Part shown: in pieces, positions 61,360 to 64,000 of the stretch
How positions within the stretch are numbered: position 1 is the first letter of the stretch
Layout of the letters: each line of letters starts with the position of its first letter
Assembly (NCBI GenBank): GCA_030390025.1
Contig: CM059433.1
Span: 27,840,001-27,904,000, forward strand
Length of the DNA stretch: 64,000 nucleotides
Direction: 5' to 3'
Source: Squalus acanthias
Taxonomy: Eukaryota
The notes under the pieces: model-generated
What the model was told of the DNA's origin: nothing
What the model saw: the letters and a program-made list of their open reading frames with translations, nothing else
The model's database searches: none
Position numbers and translations under genes: made by a program

Positions 61360-61750
61360 CCCAACAACTACTTGCATTTATATAATGCCTTTAATGAAGT
61401 AATACATCCCAAGGTGCTTCACGGGAGCGTAGTCAAATAAAATTTGGCACCGAGCCACATAAGACAATATTAGAACTGGTGACCAAAAGTTTTATGGAGG
61501 GTCTTAAAAGGAGGAGGTAGCGAGATGGAGAGGTTTAGGGATGGAATTCCAGAGCTTCGGGCCTAGGCAGCTGAAGGCACGTCGCCAATGGTGGGACAAA
61601 GGAAGTACGGGATGCACAAGAGGCCAGAATTGGAGCAACACAGAGATCTCTGAGGATTGTAGGGCTGGAGAGATTACAGAGATAGTGAGGGGGCGAGGCC
61701 ATGGAGGGATTTGAACACGAGAATGAGAATTTAAAAATTGATGCGTTGGT
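61360..61750 (-). mobile_element. L2 LINE 3' fragment
   Basis: caacaactacttgcatttat tail and a body matching the other L2 copies. Confidence 0.85.
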
Positions 61751-62164
61751 TCCTAAAATAGTTTAGGAATTAATACCCGATTTATGCTACAAGAAGTTAA
61801 CCAAACCTAAGCATCTCCAGCGCAAACCACTGACAACTCGACGCAGGTTGAGTTTTTTCATTAACCTGATGTGGGGTCCACACACTCTGCCCATGGGACA
61901 CACTCGACCTAACCAAGCCAAAAATATTCTGGTGTAGGATGGCAAAGATCCAAACTTAGGGACCCCCCCCCCCACCACCCCCGGTGTTAGGATGCTGCTG
62001 GAGGTAAAGTTCATCAGCATAGGGCACTGCTCATCAAGCTGCGACCACTGTTGCCTGGTAGCTGGAGCCGAGTGGAGAGAATCCCAGCCCCAGTGATGGA
62101 GCTACCCCTTCAAAGTCCCTCAAATGACACAGGCACGAACCACAGCACTGGACAACTGTCGATC

Positions 62165-62850
62165 TGCCTCGATTTTAAAATTTGCATCCTTGTGTTCAAA
62201 TCCCTCCATGGCCTCGCCCCTCCCTATCTCTGTAACCCCCGACAACCCTCAGATCTCTGCGCTCCTCCAATTTGGGCCTCTTGTGCATTACTGAATTTAA
62301 TCGCTCCACCATTGCTGGCCGTGCTTTCAGCTGCCTAGGCCCTTAACCTCTGGAATTCCCTCCCTAAACCTCTCTGCCTCTCTCTCCCTTTAAGATGCTC
62401 GTTAAAACGGTGGCATAGTGGTTAGCACTGTTGCCTCACAGCGCCAGGGACCCGGGTTCGAATCCGGCCTCGGGTGACTGTCTGTGTGGAGTTTGCACAT
62501 TCTCCCCATGTCTGCGTGGGTTTCCTCCGGGCGCTCCGGTTTCCTCCCACAGTCCAAAGATGTGCGGGTTAGGTTGATTTGGCTATGATAAATTGACCCT
62601 TAGTGTTAGGGGGGATTAAATACGTGGGGTTACGGGGATAGGGTGGGATATGTGTCGGTGCAGGCTCGATGGGCCGAAATGGCCTCTATCTGCATTGTGG
62701 GGATTCTGTGATTCTGTGAAAACCTACTTCTTTGACCAAGCATTCGGTCACCTGTGGCTCGATGTCAAAAAAATTTTGATTACACTCCTGTGAAGCACCG
62801 TGGGACATTTTACTATGTTAAAAGGTGCTATATAAATGCAAGTTGTTGTT
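62165..62850 (+). mobile_element. L2 3' fragment interrupted by a V-SINE
   Basis: LDFKICILVFKSLHGLAPPYL; the halves rejoin as ttaaaac|ctac. Confidence 0.85.
62409..62718 (+). mobile_element. HE1-like V-SINE (tRNA-derived head, V-domain core, CR1-type tail) with AAAAC target-site duplication
   Basis: A box tggcatagtggttag, B box gggttcgaatcc, core gtgtggagtttgcacattctcccc...gtgggtttcctccggg, tail gattctgtgattctgtg; aaaac at 62404-62408 and 62719-62723. Confidence 0.9.
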
Positions 62851-63124
62851 GTGCCTGCCATAGGGTTCAAATCTCCTATCGCCAGCATGCCACCATATAG
62901 CCAACTCAACTCCCCACATGGCTCCACCCATCCCCGAAGGAAGTTGGTTCAACTTAAAATATTTCATTCAATTCATAACCTAAAATGTTTATTTCTTCAA
63001 ACATGATACCTCTTGCATACTGCAAGGATAGAATGCACCCCACCCTCCCATGTGCCAGCCCACCAGATCCAATGGGACGTTCCCTGTAAAATATTAACAT
63101 TGACGTGCGTGTGATTTACTGTAC

Positions 63125-63277
63125 CTGTTTCTCAGAAAGCGACGGCTCCACTCCACCTGGCTCAGCTGCGGGCGATTTGAGTTGTCTCTTAGCTAAGCTC
63201 TTGCTCTTGTCGGACACCCATCTCAACAATTCACCAACTTTATCGACATGCTCTTGCTTTGCTTCTTCGACCGATTT
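63125..63277 (-). CDS. MACF1: MACF1-like exon, 153 bp, phase 0-0 (KSVEEAKQEHVDKVGELLRWVSDKSK...SEKQ)
   Basis: tag acceptor, CAG|GTAC donor, open frame; resembles the spectraplakin EHVEKxKELLxWVS segment. Not present in the ORF track. Confidence 0.85.
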
Positions 63278-64000
63278 CTAGCAGAGTTAAAAGACACATT
63301 CTAAACAATCCTCATTCGACCTAATGAACCCCAATTACTTTCCACAAAGTACAAACTAGTAATCAATCATAAATACCCACCAGGGGAGATCACATTTCAA
63401 AACACTCGTCACCCCCTTTTCCCCAAATTTATATTGATCTAGGGCTTAAGGGCAAATTGGCCGATGAATCGATGATTTGATATATATTCAAATATTAAGA
63501 CATTTCCAAGAGAGAAAACCAAAACTGGAACTTTTCCAGATAGACAGTCCTACAAGCCATAAAAATGTATTAGTAAAAATATCGCTTACAAAACTGAATG
63601 CAGTATTTTCCACTTGGTGCGACTCTAGTTTGAACTCTGATGTAAAGGTTACCCCCAAAAACACGAAGCTGCTCCTGCAGATGCTGCCTCACCCACTGTG
63701 CACTTCAGGCAGTTTGAGCTTCCATTTCCGATTTCTTAACACTTCTCCTTAAAACATTTTCTGGGTTGGATATTGTGCCAATACAAGAGCAAAATTTACA
63801 CGACATAGCTACAAGAATATGCAGAGTATACAGTTACAAGTGAAAGGACTCTGCGCGCCAAGTGACTTTTCAAGCAGAAGACAAGGAAAAATTGGAAAAA
63901 GAAGTGTTTCTTTATTCAGAAATGTTGTAATTTAATTACAAACTTTAAAGAGTATTGTTATAAACAGTGCTCAAAAATAGACAGTACCATGAGTGATGAT

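Larger units (their letters stand above)
1..64000 (-). other. MACF1: Internal portion of a spectraplakin gene (MACF1/ACF7-like; plakin-repeat giant exon and spectrin-repeat rod); neither gene end is in the window
   Basis: 19 exons have AG acceptors, GT (one GC) donors and compatible phases, and translate into plakin-repeat and spectrin-repeat sequence. The giant-exon start GYETIAGVIDLATG, the exon VLRVELSSKKDQIGEAI, the motif AFDIQFFISEHALDLSPQ and the motif LDDW recall MACF1 rather than DST (from memory). Confidence 0.85.

Noticed and set aside
62409..62480. tRNA gene
   Set aside because: The A and B boxes run straight into a V-SINE core and LINE-type tail; this is a SINE head. The same applies at 40470 and 35170-35230.
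1..64000. Calling the gene DST (dystonin), plectin or epiplakin
   Set aside because: Spectrin-repeat rod exons after the plakin repeats exclude plectin and epiplakin. The giant-exon start, second plakin cluster and exon boundaries favour MACF1, though DST is not fully excluded without a phylogeny.

Overview
Vertebrate genomic DNA, most likely a cartilaginous fish (inferred from HE1-like V-SINE, SacSINE1-like DeuSINE, CR1/L2/RTE and Penelope-like repeat families). The whole window lies inside one minus-strand gene, a spectraplakin best matching MACF1. I traced 19 exons by hand (63277 down to 6577) plus one tentative 51-bp exon. They include a 7,926-bp plakin-repeat giant exon and a block of five phase-0 exons that looks like the MACF1b-specific cassette. 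The introns are filled with decayed, often nested retroelements, MITE-like DNA elements and simple repeats. I found no convincing novel multi-gene system. The most notable observations are a 1-bp frameshift in an otherwise conserved exon (10655-10810), a GC-AG intron, internal repeats in the giant exon, a patchwork of DST-like and MACF1-like residues, and a long inverted CR1 pair next to a cassette exon. Comparisons to human proteins are from memory, not from alignments, and repeat boundaries are approximate.
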